The notes under the pieces are model-generated. The model did no database searches. It saw only the letters and a program-made list of their open reading frames with translations, and had not been told where the DNA came from. 64,000 nt of DNA from an uncultured Acidimicrobiaceae bacterium. Its GTDB lineage: Bacteria > Actinomycetota > Acidimicrobiia > Acidimicrobiales > RAAP-2. Position numbers and translations under genes: made by a program. Position 1 is the first letter of the stretch. Every line of letters begins with the position of its first letter. The stretch is taken from NCBI GenBank assembly GCA_963755655.1, contig CAVWKX010000002.1:44837-108836 (forward strand), read 5' to 3'. This document shows, one piece after another, positions 50,286 to 62,265 of the stretch.

Positions 50286-51689
50286 CGTTCCGCCTCCAGG
50301 AGCGCGGGTCCCTCGGTGGTCAGGCGTCGCAGCGCTGACGCCACCTCGGCGGTGAATGCGGCGTCGGCGAGCGATCCGAGCGCGAGGTGGCTGAGCTCCT
50401 GCAGGTCGTCGCGGCGCGAGGCGGCACGGAGCGCCTCGGCGATCGGGTCCTCCAGTTGCTGGCAGGCGCACGCCGCGCACCGCGACGCCTGCGGTCGCCG
50501 CGATCCAGATGGCGGCCACGACGGCGAACCTCGTGGTGGGGAGCGTCCGTTCTCTGCGGCCGGCGACGACCGGAAGCAGGCGCTGGGGCAGTTTGCTCGA
50601 GCCGTCGGCCCCGACCTGCGCGCACCTGTGGCCGAGGGCCGGGTTGGCGAACCGTCGCAGAGCCTCGTCGGCGAATGCGGCCGGCTCCAACGCGGCAGGG
50701 AACTCGGCCGACCTCGAGCGTGTCGTCGACGAGGCCCCGCACGAAGCGCGCGATGGTCGAGTCGGCCACGGCGTCGGCGATGGTGTCGTGGCCGAGCCAG
50801 CAGGCCGCCGTACGCCGCGGCCGAATGCGGGCCGTTGAGGAGCCAGAGCTTGCGCCGCTCGTAGGGGGTCACGTCGTCGACGAGCCGGACGCCGACGTCG
50901 CCCAGTGGAGCCAATCCGGCGACCGACTCGCATGATCCAGGAGCGGTGTCGCTCCGTGCTGACTGCAGCCAGGTCGAGCAAGCCCAAGCCTGTCGGCGAT
51001 GTCCTCCACGTCGCGCTCGGTCGGCGCGGGCACCATCCGGTCGACCACCGAGCTGGGGAAGAGGACCTTGTCGGCGATCCACGGTGCGAGGCTGGGGGTC
51101 GATGCGCTCGGCGGCCTCGAGGACGCGTGCGCGCAGGACGGTTGCCGTTGTCGAGGAGGTTGTCGAGCGGAGCGAAGACCGGAGGGTCCAATCCGTCCCG
51201 CCGGCACTGGGCCAGGGCCAAGGCGATGAGCGCGGGCATGGTCGCCGTGCGCCTTCGAGGGTCTCGGCGTGTCGAGGGAGGGCTCGTAGCCCTTCTCCGT
51301 GATGGTCAGCGTCACCAGCCTGGTGGTCGGTGCGGTCATTGCGTCGAGCGCTGCGGCCGCCCCGGTCTCCATGGAGGCCAACGCGCCGATCACCTCGAGC
51401 GACGGTGTCCTCGCCGGGCTCCCGCACGGCGACGGTGAAGAGCCCGTCCTGTGGCTCGAGTTGGTCCTGCGCCCGCCGGACTCCTGATGGAGACGCCCCT
51501 GATCAGCGCGGGCCGGCCCCGGCGCAGCAGCGTCGTCGGCGTAGACGGCGAGGTGTGCCCGGGCGAACGCTCCGAAACCGAGGTGGGTGATGCACGGTGC
51601 GCGAGAACGGTCGTAGTCCGGGAGCGCGTCCGCCTGGGCCTCGGTGCAGCGTGCTGCTGCGCAACCGTTGCCGTTGCTGCGGCTGTCAT
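50282..51689 (-). pseudogene. mannitol dehydrogenase family oxidoreductase (fructuronate/tagaturonate reductase-like), many frameshifts
   Basis: ITHLGFGAFARAH, VTLTITEKGY, VDRMVP and LWLLNGPHSAAAYGG blocks are scattered over three frames between 50282 and 51689. Confidence 0.65.
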
Positions 51690-51733
51690 CCGTCCCCTCG
51701 GCGGCGACAGGACGCCGTGTAGGGTCGGGCGTC

Positions 51734-54483
<2,750 letters not shown>

Positions 54484-54503
54484 GCTGTCTCCCCGTGCGT
54501 CGG

Positions 54504-55022
54504 CTAGCCGTGGTCCGGGCGAGGGGTCAGCAGTCCCAGCACCTCGTCCGCGATGGATTCCGGGGCGCGGCCGTCGGTGTCGATGATCGCGGTGGCCACC
54601 TGCCGATAGAGCTCGGAACGCATCTCGGCCATGGCGGCGAAGGTCTCGGCCGGTCGGTCTTCGAGAAGCGGGCGGTGATCGCCCGGGCGGACCCGTCCGG
54701 CCAACGTCGACGGGCTGGTTCGGAGCCAGACGACGAGGCTGTCGGCGAGGGCGGCGCGGACGAGGGGATCGAGCACCACCCCTCCCGGCGCAGCCAGCAC
54801 CGTCGGTGTGTCCTCCCGCAGGGTCTCGAGCACCACCTCTGATTCGAGGTACCGGTAAGCCGCCTCGCCACCCTCCTCCCAGAGCTCGCGGACGGTCTTG
54901 TTCATGCGCACGGTGATGACGGTGTCCACGTCCACCAGCGCCCGTCCGGTGCGCTGCGCCACGAGCGCGCCCACGGTTGACTTTCCCGATCCCATCAGAC
55001 CCACCAGCACCACGGTCTTCAC
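54504..55022 (-). CDS. shikimate-kinase-like P-loop kinase
   Basis: GLMGSGKSTVG Walker A plus VDVDTVI...ELWEEGGEAAYRYLESEV, as in AroK. Sits between uxaC and uidA. Confidence 0.75.
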   Translation of the reverse strand: MKTVVLVGLMGSGKSTVGALVAQRTGRALVDVDTVITVRMNKTVRELWEEGGEAAYRYLESEVVLETLREDTPTVLAAPGGVVLDPLVRAALADSLVVWLRTSPSTLAGRVRPGDHRPLLEDRPAETFAAMAEMRSELYRQVATAIIDTDGRAPESIADEVLGLLTPRPDHG

Positions 55023-55024
55023 CC

Positions 55025-56425
55025 TCAGACCCTAAAGGCCTGGCGCGCCAGGTTGTAGGCGAGGTCTTCGGCGGTCTCGACCGCCTCCTCTTCCTGCAGG
55101 CGGTGCTCGGCCACCAGTCCCGCCAGGTATCCGGCTTGCAGCCTTCGGGCCACGTCGTGACGGGCGGGGATGCTCAAAAGGGATCGGGCATCGTCGTTGA
55201 ACCCGACCGTGTTGGCGAACCCTGCCGTTTCGACGACCGATCGATAAAACCGCCCGATGCCTTCCGGGCTGTCGAAGAACCACCACGGTGGCCCGAGACG
55301 CAGCGCCGGGTAGTGGCCGGCGAGGGGCGCCAGCTCGCGCCCGTAGGTGGATTCGTCGAGCGTGTACACGACAACGGTCAGTCCGGGCTCGTTGCCGAAC
55401 CGGTCGAGCAGCGGCTTGAGGCCACCCACGTAGTCGGCCCTCGTGGGGATGTCGGCGCCCTGGTCCGGGCCGAAACGGGCCGCCACGGCGGGATTGTGAT
55501 CCCGCCACGCACCGGCATGGATCTGCAGCACGAGCCCGTCGTCGAGGCTCATGGCTGCCATCTCGACCAACATCTGGCCCCGGAACAGTTCGGAGTCACC
55601 CGGCTGTCCCTGTCCGGCCGTGATGCGCGCGAACAGATCTGCTGCGCCCCGAGACGACAGGTCGGCCGTGGCCGGTGTGGGGTGCCCGTGGTCCGAGGCG
55701 GTCGCCCCCGCCGCGACGAAGGCGGCGCGCCGGCTCCGCAATGCGTCGAGATAGCCGGCCCAGCTGGACGTGTCCGACCCGGTGAGCTGGCCCAGCGCGG
55801 CGACGCGGGAGTGGAAGCCGGGCCGGTCGGGGTCGACCACGTCGTCGGGGCGGAAGGTGGGCACGACCCGCCCTGACCAACCGGACTGGCGGAGCTGCGC
55901 GTGCGACGCGAGCGGGTCGAGGGCGCCATCGGTCGTGGCCAGGAACTCGATCCCGAAGCGCTCGAAGAGCGCACGCGGCCGGAAGTCCGCTTGCGTCAGT
56001 CGGGCCGAGATCTCGTCGTACAGGACGTCGGCGTTCTTCTCGTCGAGCCGGTCCTGCACGTCGAAGACCTCTTGGAGCGTGTGATCGAGCCAGAGCTTCG
56101 ACGGAGTGTTCCGAAAGAGAGCGATGTGCGTCGCGAGCTCGCGCCAAATCCGCCGGCCGTCGGTGACCGCCGGCGTGCCGTCGAGTGGTTGCACCCCCAG
56201 CGTCTCGAGGGGTACGCCCTGGCTGTAGAGCATGCGCAGGACGTAGTGATCCTTGGTCACCAGCTCGGTCGCTGGGCTGTCGAGGGCCACGTCACCGGCG
56301 AACGCCGCCGGGTCGCAGTGGCCATGGGGGCTCACGATGGGAAGCGCCTTCGTCCCTTCGTACAGTGCGCGGGCCATCCGGCGGACGCCGGGGTCGGCCG
56401 GAAGCAGGCGGTCCGGGTGGAGCAT
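55025..56425 (-). CDS. uxaC: glucuronate (uronate) isomerase
   Basis: 466 aa from ATG 56425, intact. IVSPHGHCDP (HxH) and FNDDARSLLSIP blocks. The track ORF extension to 57046 is run-in. Confidence 0.9.
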   Translation of the reverse strand: MLHPDRLLPADPGVRRMARALYEGTKALPIVSPHGHCDPAAFAGDVALDSPATELVTKDHYVLRMLYSQGVPLETLGVQPLDGTPAVTDGRRIWRELATHIALFRNTPSKLWLDHTLQEVFDVQDRLDEKNADVLYDEISARLTQADFRPRALFERFGIEFLATTDGALDPLASHAQLRQSGWSGRVVPTFRPDDVVDPDRPGFHSRVAALGQLTGSDTSSWAGYLDALRSRRAAFVAAGATASDHGHPTPATADLSSRGAADLFARITAGQGQPGDSELFRGQMLVEMAAMSLDDGLVLQIHAGAWRDHNPAVAARFGPDQGADIPTRADYVGGLKPLLDRFGNEPGLTVVVYTLDESTYGRELAPLAGHYPALRLGPPWWFFDSPEGIGRFYRSVVETAGFANTVGFNDDARSLLSIPARHDVARRLQAGYLAGLVAEHRLQEEEAVETAEDLAYNLARQAFRV

Positions 56426-56427
56426 CG

Positions 56428-56443
56428 ATGCAAAGCTTTGCAG
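56428..56443. promoter_or_regulatory. palindrome ATGCAAAGCTTTGCAG (LacI-family operator type)
   Basis: Starts 3 nt upstream of the uxaC start codon. The core TGCAAAGCTTTGCA is identical to 25631-25644. Confidence 0.55.
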
Positions 56444-56495
56444 GGCCGGCTGCCTCGTGCCACGTCGTCCCGTTGTGCCCGCAGGCATTGTCCTG

Positions 56496-56513
56496 TAATA
56501 TTGACGTCGAAGT
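56496..56513. promoter_or_regulatory. TAATAT hexamer followed by a TTGACGTCGAAGT motif
   Basis: Lies upstream of amidohydrolase 56580. Shares 12 of 14 positions with 26324-26337. Confidence 0.4.
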
Positions 56514-56579
56514 TGAAAACCGTCCGCGGGCCGCGCCTCGAACGTCGGCGCTGCGGTCCACGTCATCTCGGAGGTGGCC

Positions 56580-57782
56580 ATGCCAAAGCCCATTGTCGAC
56601 TTTCCCGTCTTCGACGCCGACAACCACATGTACGAGACGACGGATGCCTTCACGAAGTTCCTGCCGCCCCAGTACTCGGGGCTGATCAAGTACGTAGAGG
56701 TCAACGGCCGCACCAAAATCGCGGTGCGCAACGTCATCTCCGAGTACATCCCGAACCCGACGTTCAACGTGGTCGGCCGGCCCGGAGCCTCGGAGGAGCT
56801 CTTCAAGCACGGCAATCCGGAGGGCAAGACGCGCCGCGAGCTCATGGGAGAGCCGATCCGCTCGCCCGAAGCGTTCTTCTCGCCCGAGCCGCGCCTCGCC
56901 CTGATGGACGAGCTTGGGCTCGACCGCGCCCTCATGTGGCCGACGCTGGCGAGCCTTCTCGAGGAGCGCCTCGCCGACGACCCCATCGCCACGCACATTG
57001 TCGTGCACGCGCTGAACGAGTGGATGCACGAGCACTGGACCTTCAATTACGAGGGCCGCATCTTCGCGTCCCCGGTCATCACGCTGCCCATCGTCGACAA
57101 GGCGATCGAGGAACTCGAATGGGTGGTCGAGCGCGGGGCCAAGCTCATTCTGATTCGACCTGCTCCCGTTCCCGGCTACCGCGGCTACCGGTCGTTCGCT
57201 CTCCCCGAATTCGACCCCTTCTGGCAGCGGGTGACCGAGCTCGACATCACGGTCGGCATGCACGCGTCGGACGACGGCCTGACCCGCTACTACAACCAGT
57301 GGGAGGGGAACTATGGCGGCGAGCACCTCCCGTTCGCCGGGCAGTCCGCGTTCATGAACATCGCGCATACCCAAGGTCGAGGGATCTTCGACACGGTGGC
57401 GTCGCTGATCGGCCACGGCTTGCTCAACCGGTTCCCGACTCTGCGCATCCTGCCTGTCGAGAACGGCGCGGCATGGGTACGCCCGCTCATCGACGCTCTC
57501 GGCCGCTCCTACGAGCACGAGCCGGCGCTGTTCGCCGAGGACCCGATCATGGTGCTCAAGCGGAACATCTGGATCCACCCCTTCCACGAGGAGGACCCGC
57601 GCGGCCTCATCGACCTGGTCGGTGTGGACCGTGTCGTGTTCGGGTCGGACTACCCGCACATTGAGGGGATGTCTGAGCCGCTGTCCTACGTCGACGAGCT
57701 CGAGGGCCTGTCCCACGACGACATGGCGAAGGTCATGGGCGGCAATCTTGCCGATGTCATGAAGATGCCCTTCGCCGCCTGA
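56580..57782 (+). CDS. amidohydrolase-2 family protein (FDADNH-type), paralog of 9020..10219
   Basis: ATG 56580 lies 5 nt after GGAGG. MPKPIVDFPVFDADNHMYE...GSDYPHIEG, colinear with the 9020 gene. Confidence 0.85.
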   Translation: MPKPIVDFPVFDADNHMYETTDAFTKFLPPQYSGLIKYVEVNGRTKIAVRNVISEYIPNPTFNVVGRPGASEELFKHGNPEGKTRRELMGEPIRSPEAFFSPEPRLALMDELGLDRALMWPTLASLLEERLADDPIATHIVVHALNEWMHEHWTFNYEGRIFASPVITLPIVDKAIEELEWVVERGAKLILIRPAPVPGYRGYRSFALPEFDPFWQRVTELDITVGMHASDDGLTRYYNQWEGNYGGEHLPFAGQSAFMNIAHTQGRGIFDTVASLIGHGLLNRFPTLRILPVENGAAWVRPLIDALGRSYEHEPALFAEDPIMVLKRNIWIHPFHEEDPRGLIDLVGVDRVVFGSDYPHIEGMSEPLSYVDELEGLSHDDMAKVMGGNLADVMKMPFAA

Positions 57783-57790
57783 GCGTCTTT

Positions 57791-57818
57791 GGTGTCGATG
57801 CCGCGTGGTGTCGATGCC
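57791..57818. repeat. tandem direct repeat GGTGTCGATGCC x2 with a 4-nt spacer
   Basis: Exact 12-mers at 57791-57802 and 57807-57818, just after the amidohydrolase stop. Confidence 0.6.
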
Positions 57819-57976
57819 ATATGCCGGCTTTGCCGGGGGTCATGCTGCCCGTGGTCAACCTGTAGTGGTGCCGTGGTGCAGAGGTTGCGGCTGTACTCAG
57901 TCCGCTCCCAGGCTGATTTCTGCAACGCTTGTGCGCGTCGGATGCAGCACGGGCGAGCGAGGCGGAGCGAGAAGCA

Positions 57977-58606
57977 GTGGCGAATGCGACGGGGCGGCGG
58001 CTCTCCTGGCTCACCAAAGGCATCGCCGTCGTCCTGGGCGCGCTACTGGCGGGAGCAGGGGCCTACGCCGCGACGAACTGGGTCGTCGGGTTGACGAGTA
58101 ACTCCTCGGGTGAGGCCCAGTCGGCCACCATCTCCAACGTGACCATCAGCGCGGTGGCCAGCCCCACCGCGACCAACCTTCTGTACCCGGGTGGGACCGG
58201 TGACGTGGTGGTGACGATCAGCAACGGCAACCCGTACCCCGTGACCATCACGGCGCTGCAGCTGCCGACGAGCACCACCTACGCCACGGGCTACACGACG
58301 AGTGCCTTGAGCACGACGCAGGCCGGTTGCTCGGCCTCGTCGCCGAGCACTGTGGTGTGGAACTTCTCGACGACGACGAGCGGGAGTAGCCACACGCTGA
58401 CGACGCCGCTCACCGTGGCCGCCAGTGGCAAGGCCAACAACCCGCTCACCGTCACCTTGACCAACGACGCCGCCATGGGCTCGTCCGCACCGCTGGCCTG
58501 TGCCGACACCTACTTCTCCATGCCGTCGTTGACGGGCATCACCGCCACCGGCGGCGGAACGGGCACCGCGACCACGAGTCCTGCCACCGACGGCTGGACG
58601 AGCTGA
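57977..58606 (+). CDS. exported or membrane-anchored Thr/Ser-rich protein
   Basis: N-terminal anchor GIAVVLGALLAGAGAYAATNW, then beta-rich T/S-rich sequence with 2 Cys. The start is uncertain (track TTG 57929, GTG 57977). Confidence 0.5.
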   Translation: MANATGRRLSWLTKGIAVVLGALLAGAGAYAATNWVVGLTSNSSGEAQSATISNVTISAVASPTATNLLYPGGTGDVVVTISNGNPYPVTITALQLPTSTTYATGYTTSALSTTQAGCSASSPSTVVWNFSTTTSGSSHTLTTPLTVAASGKANNPLTVTLTNDAAMGSSAPLACADTYFSMPSLTGITATGGGTGTATTSPATDGWTS

Positions 58607-58614
58607 CTGCGCCC

Positions 58615-61152
58615 TCAGACGTAGTCGCTGCGGCGCATCCAGACCAGCGTGGCCCAGCCCCAGATCGGGGGCAGGTAGGCCGTGCACACACGTTCGATGA
58701 AGACGGCCGCCACCGCTTCATTCTGCGGGATCCCGGCCGCGGTGAGGCCGGCGATCAGCCCCACCTCGACGACACCGGCTCCGCCGGGCACCGGGGCGGC
58801 GCCGCCGATCATGGCGGCCAGCGTCAGCACCACAATGAGGGTGGCAAAGCTGGCGTGCTCGCCCACCGTGTGCAACGACGCCCCGAGGCACAGCGCGATC
58901 AAGACCTGGCTGCCCAGCGACCCGCCCAGCACGTAGGCGATCTTCCGGGGCTCCACCGCGATGGCCTTGACGTCCTTCCAGATCGTGACGAGGTGGGGCC
59001 GGGCCTTCTCCGTCGCCAGCCGCCGGACCCGGGGAACGAGGGTCACCACCGCAAGTAAAAGGGCGATGGCCAGGACGGCGAGGATGATGATCCAGACGAT
59101 GCCCTGGTGCCCGGCACCGTCGTTCGACGTCGGTTCGTGGAAGTCGCCGATGGCGAACGGAAGGCAGACCAGGAACAACACGCCCTTCACGACCCAGCTC
59201 GCGGTTCCGGCGATGGCCCCCGAGCTGATGGCGGCAGGCGCGTCGAGCCCCTGCCGTTGGAAGAAGCGCACGCGCACGGCGAACACGGCGGCGTCACCGC
59301 CGACGAACGAGGTGAACATGTTGGAGGCCTCGAGTGCCACGCAGCGCCCGAAGGGCAGCGGCCCCATGACCGCTCCGGTGAGGGCCCAGGCGCCCGTGAC
59401 CACGGGGAGCTGCGCCAGCACGAAGGCCCCTGCCACCCAGCCCCAGCTGGCACCGCGGATGACGCTCAGCGAGCCCGAAGCCTCGGTGAGGACGCCGATA
59501 ATCAGCCACAGGCCGACCAGGCTGCCGACGACCATGAGCAGGTTGGGCCAACTGATTCGCTTTGCCTCGACCAGCTTCGGGACTTCGACACCCGCTGCGG
59601 TGGCGAGGGACCCGCGCAGCGTCTTGAGCAGGCCTTTCTGCGACCGGGCCATGCGCTCGGTCTCGGGATCGAGCGCAGAACGCTGGAGCCGGGTGAGCAC
59701 GGCCTCGATGGTCTCGGTGTCGAGCACCCGGCAGGCCGAGGACACGGCCCGGTCGACGCCGACCACGACGGCTGCGGTCGCCACCGCGGCGGCCAGGTCG
59801 CGATCGGTGCGCATGGGCGGCGCCGACGACGAGGCGCGTCGGAAATCGCGGAGTAGTGGACCGTGGGCCGTGGTGAGCACGGTCTCGGGACTCAGCGCGC
59901 CGTGCGAGATCCCGGCCTTGCGGAGCACCAGCACGGAGCGGAGGAAGCCGTCGACATCGTCGTCGCCGACTTCGTCGGCCTGCAGTTGGCAGAACCGACG
60001 CCCGTCGGGCAGGCGCGTGACGAGGGCGGCATCGTGCGCCGGTCCGCAGCGGCCCGCCGCGACGATCTCGGGGACCAGGGCCCCGGCGTGGGCCGCCAGG
60101 AACGTGAGATAGGCCTCGTGTTCCACCTGCTGGAGCCGGTTGATGATGAGGGTGGGGCCGGAGTCGCGATAGATGCAGAACCGCCAGACCTTGCGCAGCC
60201 ACTGCGCGTCGGCGGCATCGCGTCCGTAGACCGCCAACTCGACCTGGTGGCCGTCCGCATCTGTGCCGGCGAAGGCCGCCACCCCCCATTCCTGGCGGGG
60301 CATGGAACTGAGTCCATGCACCTCGACCTGCAGGTCGCGCACGGACTCGGTCACCTCCACGGCCGACGGCAATCCGTTGGGCGCGCCCATGGCGAGATGA
60401 CAGGCGGCCGCCGTGCCCCAGCCCACGACCACGGCGGCGATGACGCCGAGCGGCAGTCCGTAGCCGCCGACCACGGCACACAACGCCGCAACCGCCACCG
60501 CGCCGGTCACGAGTCGGTGCATGGGGCGGCTCAGATAGGGCAGGCCCGCCAGGGCGACGGCGGTAGCCACGGCCAGCTGCACAATGGGGAAGCGCGGGTT
60601 GAAACCGTCGAAGGCTGCCATGGGAGGACGTCCGCCGGAGGAACCCAGCAGGGCGTCGAGCAGAAGGCAGACGGCGAGCGCGGCCAAGCCGGCCACGGCC
60701 ATTTGGCGCACCGCCCTCAGCCGCGGCACGAGCAGGCCGACGAGGACCAGCGGCGCGATGACCCCGATGGATCCCACGAACCACAGTGCGGTGATCAACC
60801 ATTGGATGCCCGAGGGTGCGGGAGTGATGAGCTCGGTGACATGGATCTCCACCGAGGTGTTCGCCTGCACCAGCGGGATGCAGATCACCACGAGCACCGT
60901 GGCGAGTCCGACGCGTACGGCGTCGGAGGCGCGTCGCCGTGACGTCCCGCCTCCGTGGGGCCCGAGGAGGAGCGAGCGGATCCGCTGGTTCCACGTCGTG
61001 GAGCCGACGTCGTCGGGGACGGACTTCACGCCGGCGTCGGCGGTCGCGGTGGAACCCATGATCTTCACGTCGGAAGGTCGTGCCGCGGTCTTGCGCCCGA
61101 GGATGGGAAGAACGGGGGATGCACGACCGCAATCTTGGCCGGTCCAGCCCAT
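58615..61152 (-). CDS. large polytopic membrane protein: N-terminal TM bundle, central kinase-like soluble domain, C-terminal flippase-like (LPG-synthase TM / UPF0104) domain
   Basis: 845-aa intact ORF. The C-terminal half resembles the MprF-type flippase TM region. ATG 61059 is an alternative start. Confidence 0.75.
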   Translation of the reverse strand: MGWTGQDCGRASPVLPILGRKTAARPSDVKIMGSTATADAGVKSVPDDVGSTTWNQRIRSLLLGPHGGGTSRRRASDAVRVGLATVLVVICIPLVQANTSVEIHVTELITPAPSGIQWLITALWFVGSIGVIAPLVLVGLLVPRLRAVRQMAVAGLAALAVCLLLDALLGSSGGRPPMAAFDGFNPRFPIVQLAVATAVALAGLPYLSRPMHRLVTGAVAVAALCAVVGGYGLPLGVIAAVVVGWGTAAACHLAMGAPNGLPSAVEVTESVRDLQVEVHGLSSMPRQEWGVAAFAGTDADGHQVELAVYGRDAADAQWLRKVWRFCIYRDSGPTLIINRLQQVEHEAYLTFLAAHAGALVPEIVAAGRCGPAHDAALVTRLPDGRRFCQLQADEVGDDDVDGFLRSVLVLRKAGISHGALSPETVLTTAHGPLLRDFRRASSSAPPMRTDRDLAAAVATAAVVVGVDRAVSSACRVLDTETIEAVLTRLQRSALDPETERMARSQKGLLKTLRGSLATAAGVEVPKLVEAKRISWPNLLMVVGSLVGLWLIIGVLTEASGSLSVIRGASWGWVAGAFVLAQLPVVTGAWALTGAVMGPLPFGRCVALEASNMFTSFVGGDAAVFAVRVRFFQRQGLDAPAAISSGAIAGTASWVVKGVLFLVCLPFAIGDFHEPTSNDGAGHQGIVWIIILAVLAIALLLAVVTLVPRVRRLATEKARPHLVTIWKDVKAIAVEPRKIAYVLGGSLGSQVLIALCLGASLHTVGEHASFATLIVVLTLAAMIGGAAPVPGGAGVVEVGLIAGLTAAGIPQNEAVAAVFIERVCTAYLPPIWGWATLVWMRRSDYV

Positions 61153-61188
61153 CCCGCCAGGGACGAAGGCTAAAGACTGTAAATATGA

Positions 61189-61217
61189 TTGACTTAGTCA
61201 GGTTTAGCGTCTAGCCT
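61189..61217 (+). promoter_or_regulatory. sigma-70-like promoter giving a leaderless CDO mRNA
   Basis: TTGACT (61189-94), a 17-nt spacer, TAGCCT (61212-17), then 7 nt to ATG 61225. Confidence 0.5.
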
Positions 61218-61224
61218 CTCCCAG

Positions 61225-61804
61225 ATGGCGCCCCCGGGTCCCCCTCTCCTCGCCAGAGCGGGCGCGAGCCCGGTCACGGTCCCCGAGCGCCGTTCCCGCC
61301 TCGACCCGCGGGAGGTGGCCAACCATCTCGCTCCTTCCGTGCGCTGGCCGGGTGCGCTCGACACCCGGCGCCGCGCTTGGCGGCTGATGGCCCGCACCCC
61401 CGACTTCGACGCCTGGCTGATCGCCTGGCCCAAGGGCGGGAAGGTCGAGCTCCACGATCACGGCGTGTCCACCGGAGCAGTGAGCGTCATCCGCGGGGCG
61501 TTGGTCGAGGCGGTACCCCGGCGCGACGATGCGGGACACCTCACCTTGGTCCGCCGCGAGTTGCAGGCTGGCGCCACGCTCGGCTTCGGTGTGGGACACG
61601 TGCACGATGTCACCAACGAGTCGGACACGCATGCCCTCAGCCTCCACGTCTACAGTCCAGCTCTGACCTCCATGACTTACTACGAACTGGCGGGAGACGA
61701 ACTTGGTCGCGCGCGACGTGGCGTGGTCCACCGACGGCAGCGGCGAATTCGAGCACGAGCGCGACGTGAGGACCGTCGGCCCGGAGGCGGCGGCCGCCCG
61801 TTGA
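61225..61804 (+). CDS. cysteine dioxygenase type I-like cupin; the C-terminal tail appears frameshifted near 61700
   Basis: WPKGGKVELHDHG...GHVHDVTNES cupin His motifs. The protein-like tail LVARDVAWSTDGSGEFEHERDV...* ends at TGA 61802-04 and overlaps a TTG start (TTGA). Confidence 0.65.
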
Positions 61805-62198
61805 CAGCGCACAGCGCCGACGACCTGCTGGCCCGGGCGCGAGCCGGACATCCGGCGGGTCGAGCCGGACGAGCTCGAGCGACTCCATGCCGACGGCGGC
61901 CTGGTCGTCGACATCCGGCCCGCCGCCCAGCGGGCTACCGAGGGTGAGCTCGGCTTCGGCCTCATCGTCGAGCGCAACGTGCTCGAGTGGCGCTTCGACC
62001 TGACCGGGGAGCCACACCCTGCCGGAGGTCAGCAGCTACGAACAAAGCGTGGTCGTGGTGTGCTCGGAGGGCTATGCCTCGAGCCTGGCCGCAGCGTCGC
62101 TACGCCAGCTTGGCTTCAGCAGAGCCGGCGATCTGCGCGGCGGCTATCGTGGCCTGGCGCCGCTGGCGCGACCGGGCGCCCGCGCGCCGACAGCGTGA
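61801..62198 (+). pseudogene. rhodanese-like sulfurtransferase, about 2 frameshifts
   Basis: ADDLLARARAG, IRRVEPDELERLHADGGLVVDIRP, ERNVLEWRFD and the active-site block VVVCSEGYASSLAAASL lie in different frames. Confidence 0.6.
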
Positions 62199-62265
62199 GC
62201 TAGCCGACCAGCGGAATCCGCGCCGCACGGTCGTCCGTGCATCGGCGGGGGGCCGTCCTCGCGGG

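Noticed and set aside
54504-55022. Calling the P-loop kinase a gluconokinase, which would complete the proposed mannonate-gluconate route.
   Set aside because: The sequence after the Walker A motif (VDVDTVI...ELWEEGGEAAYRYLESEV) follows the shikimate kinase pattern rather than GntK. Substrate reassignment would be speculation.
57791-57818. CRISPR array or other multi-copy repeat array (also 3455..3478 and 17427..17441).
   Set aside because: There are only two to four short copies, no spacer-like unique units of CRISPR size, and no cas genes in the window.
57789-58094. A Cys-rich 101-aa ORF (CRLCRGSCCPWSTCSG...CNAC) as a zinc-binding small protein.
   Set aside because: It has no RBS and its start is created by the 12-bp duplication. 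It overlaps the better-supported exported-protein gene in another frame, and its tail is Arg/Gly-rich.
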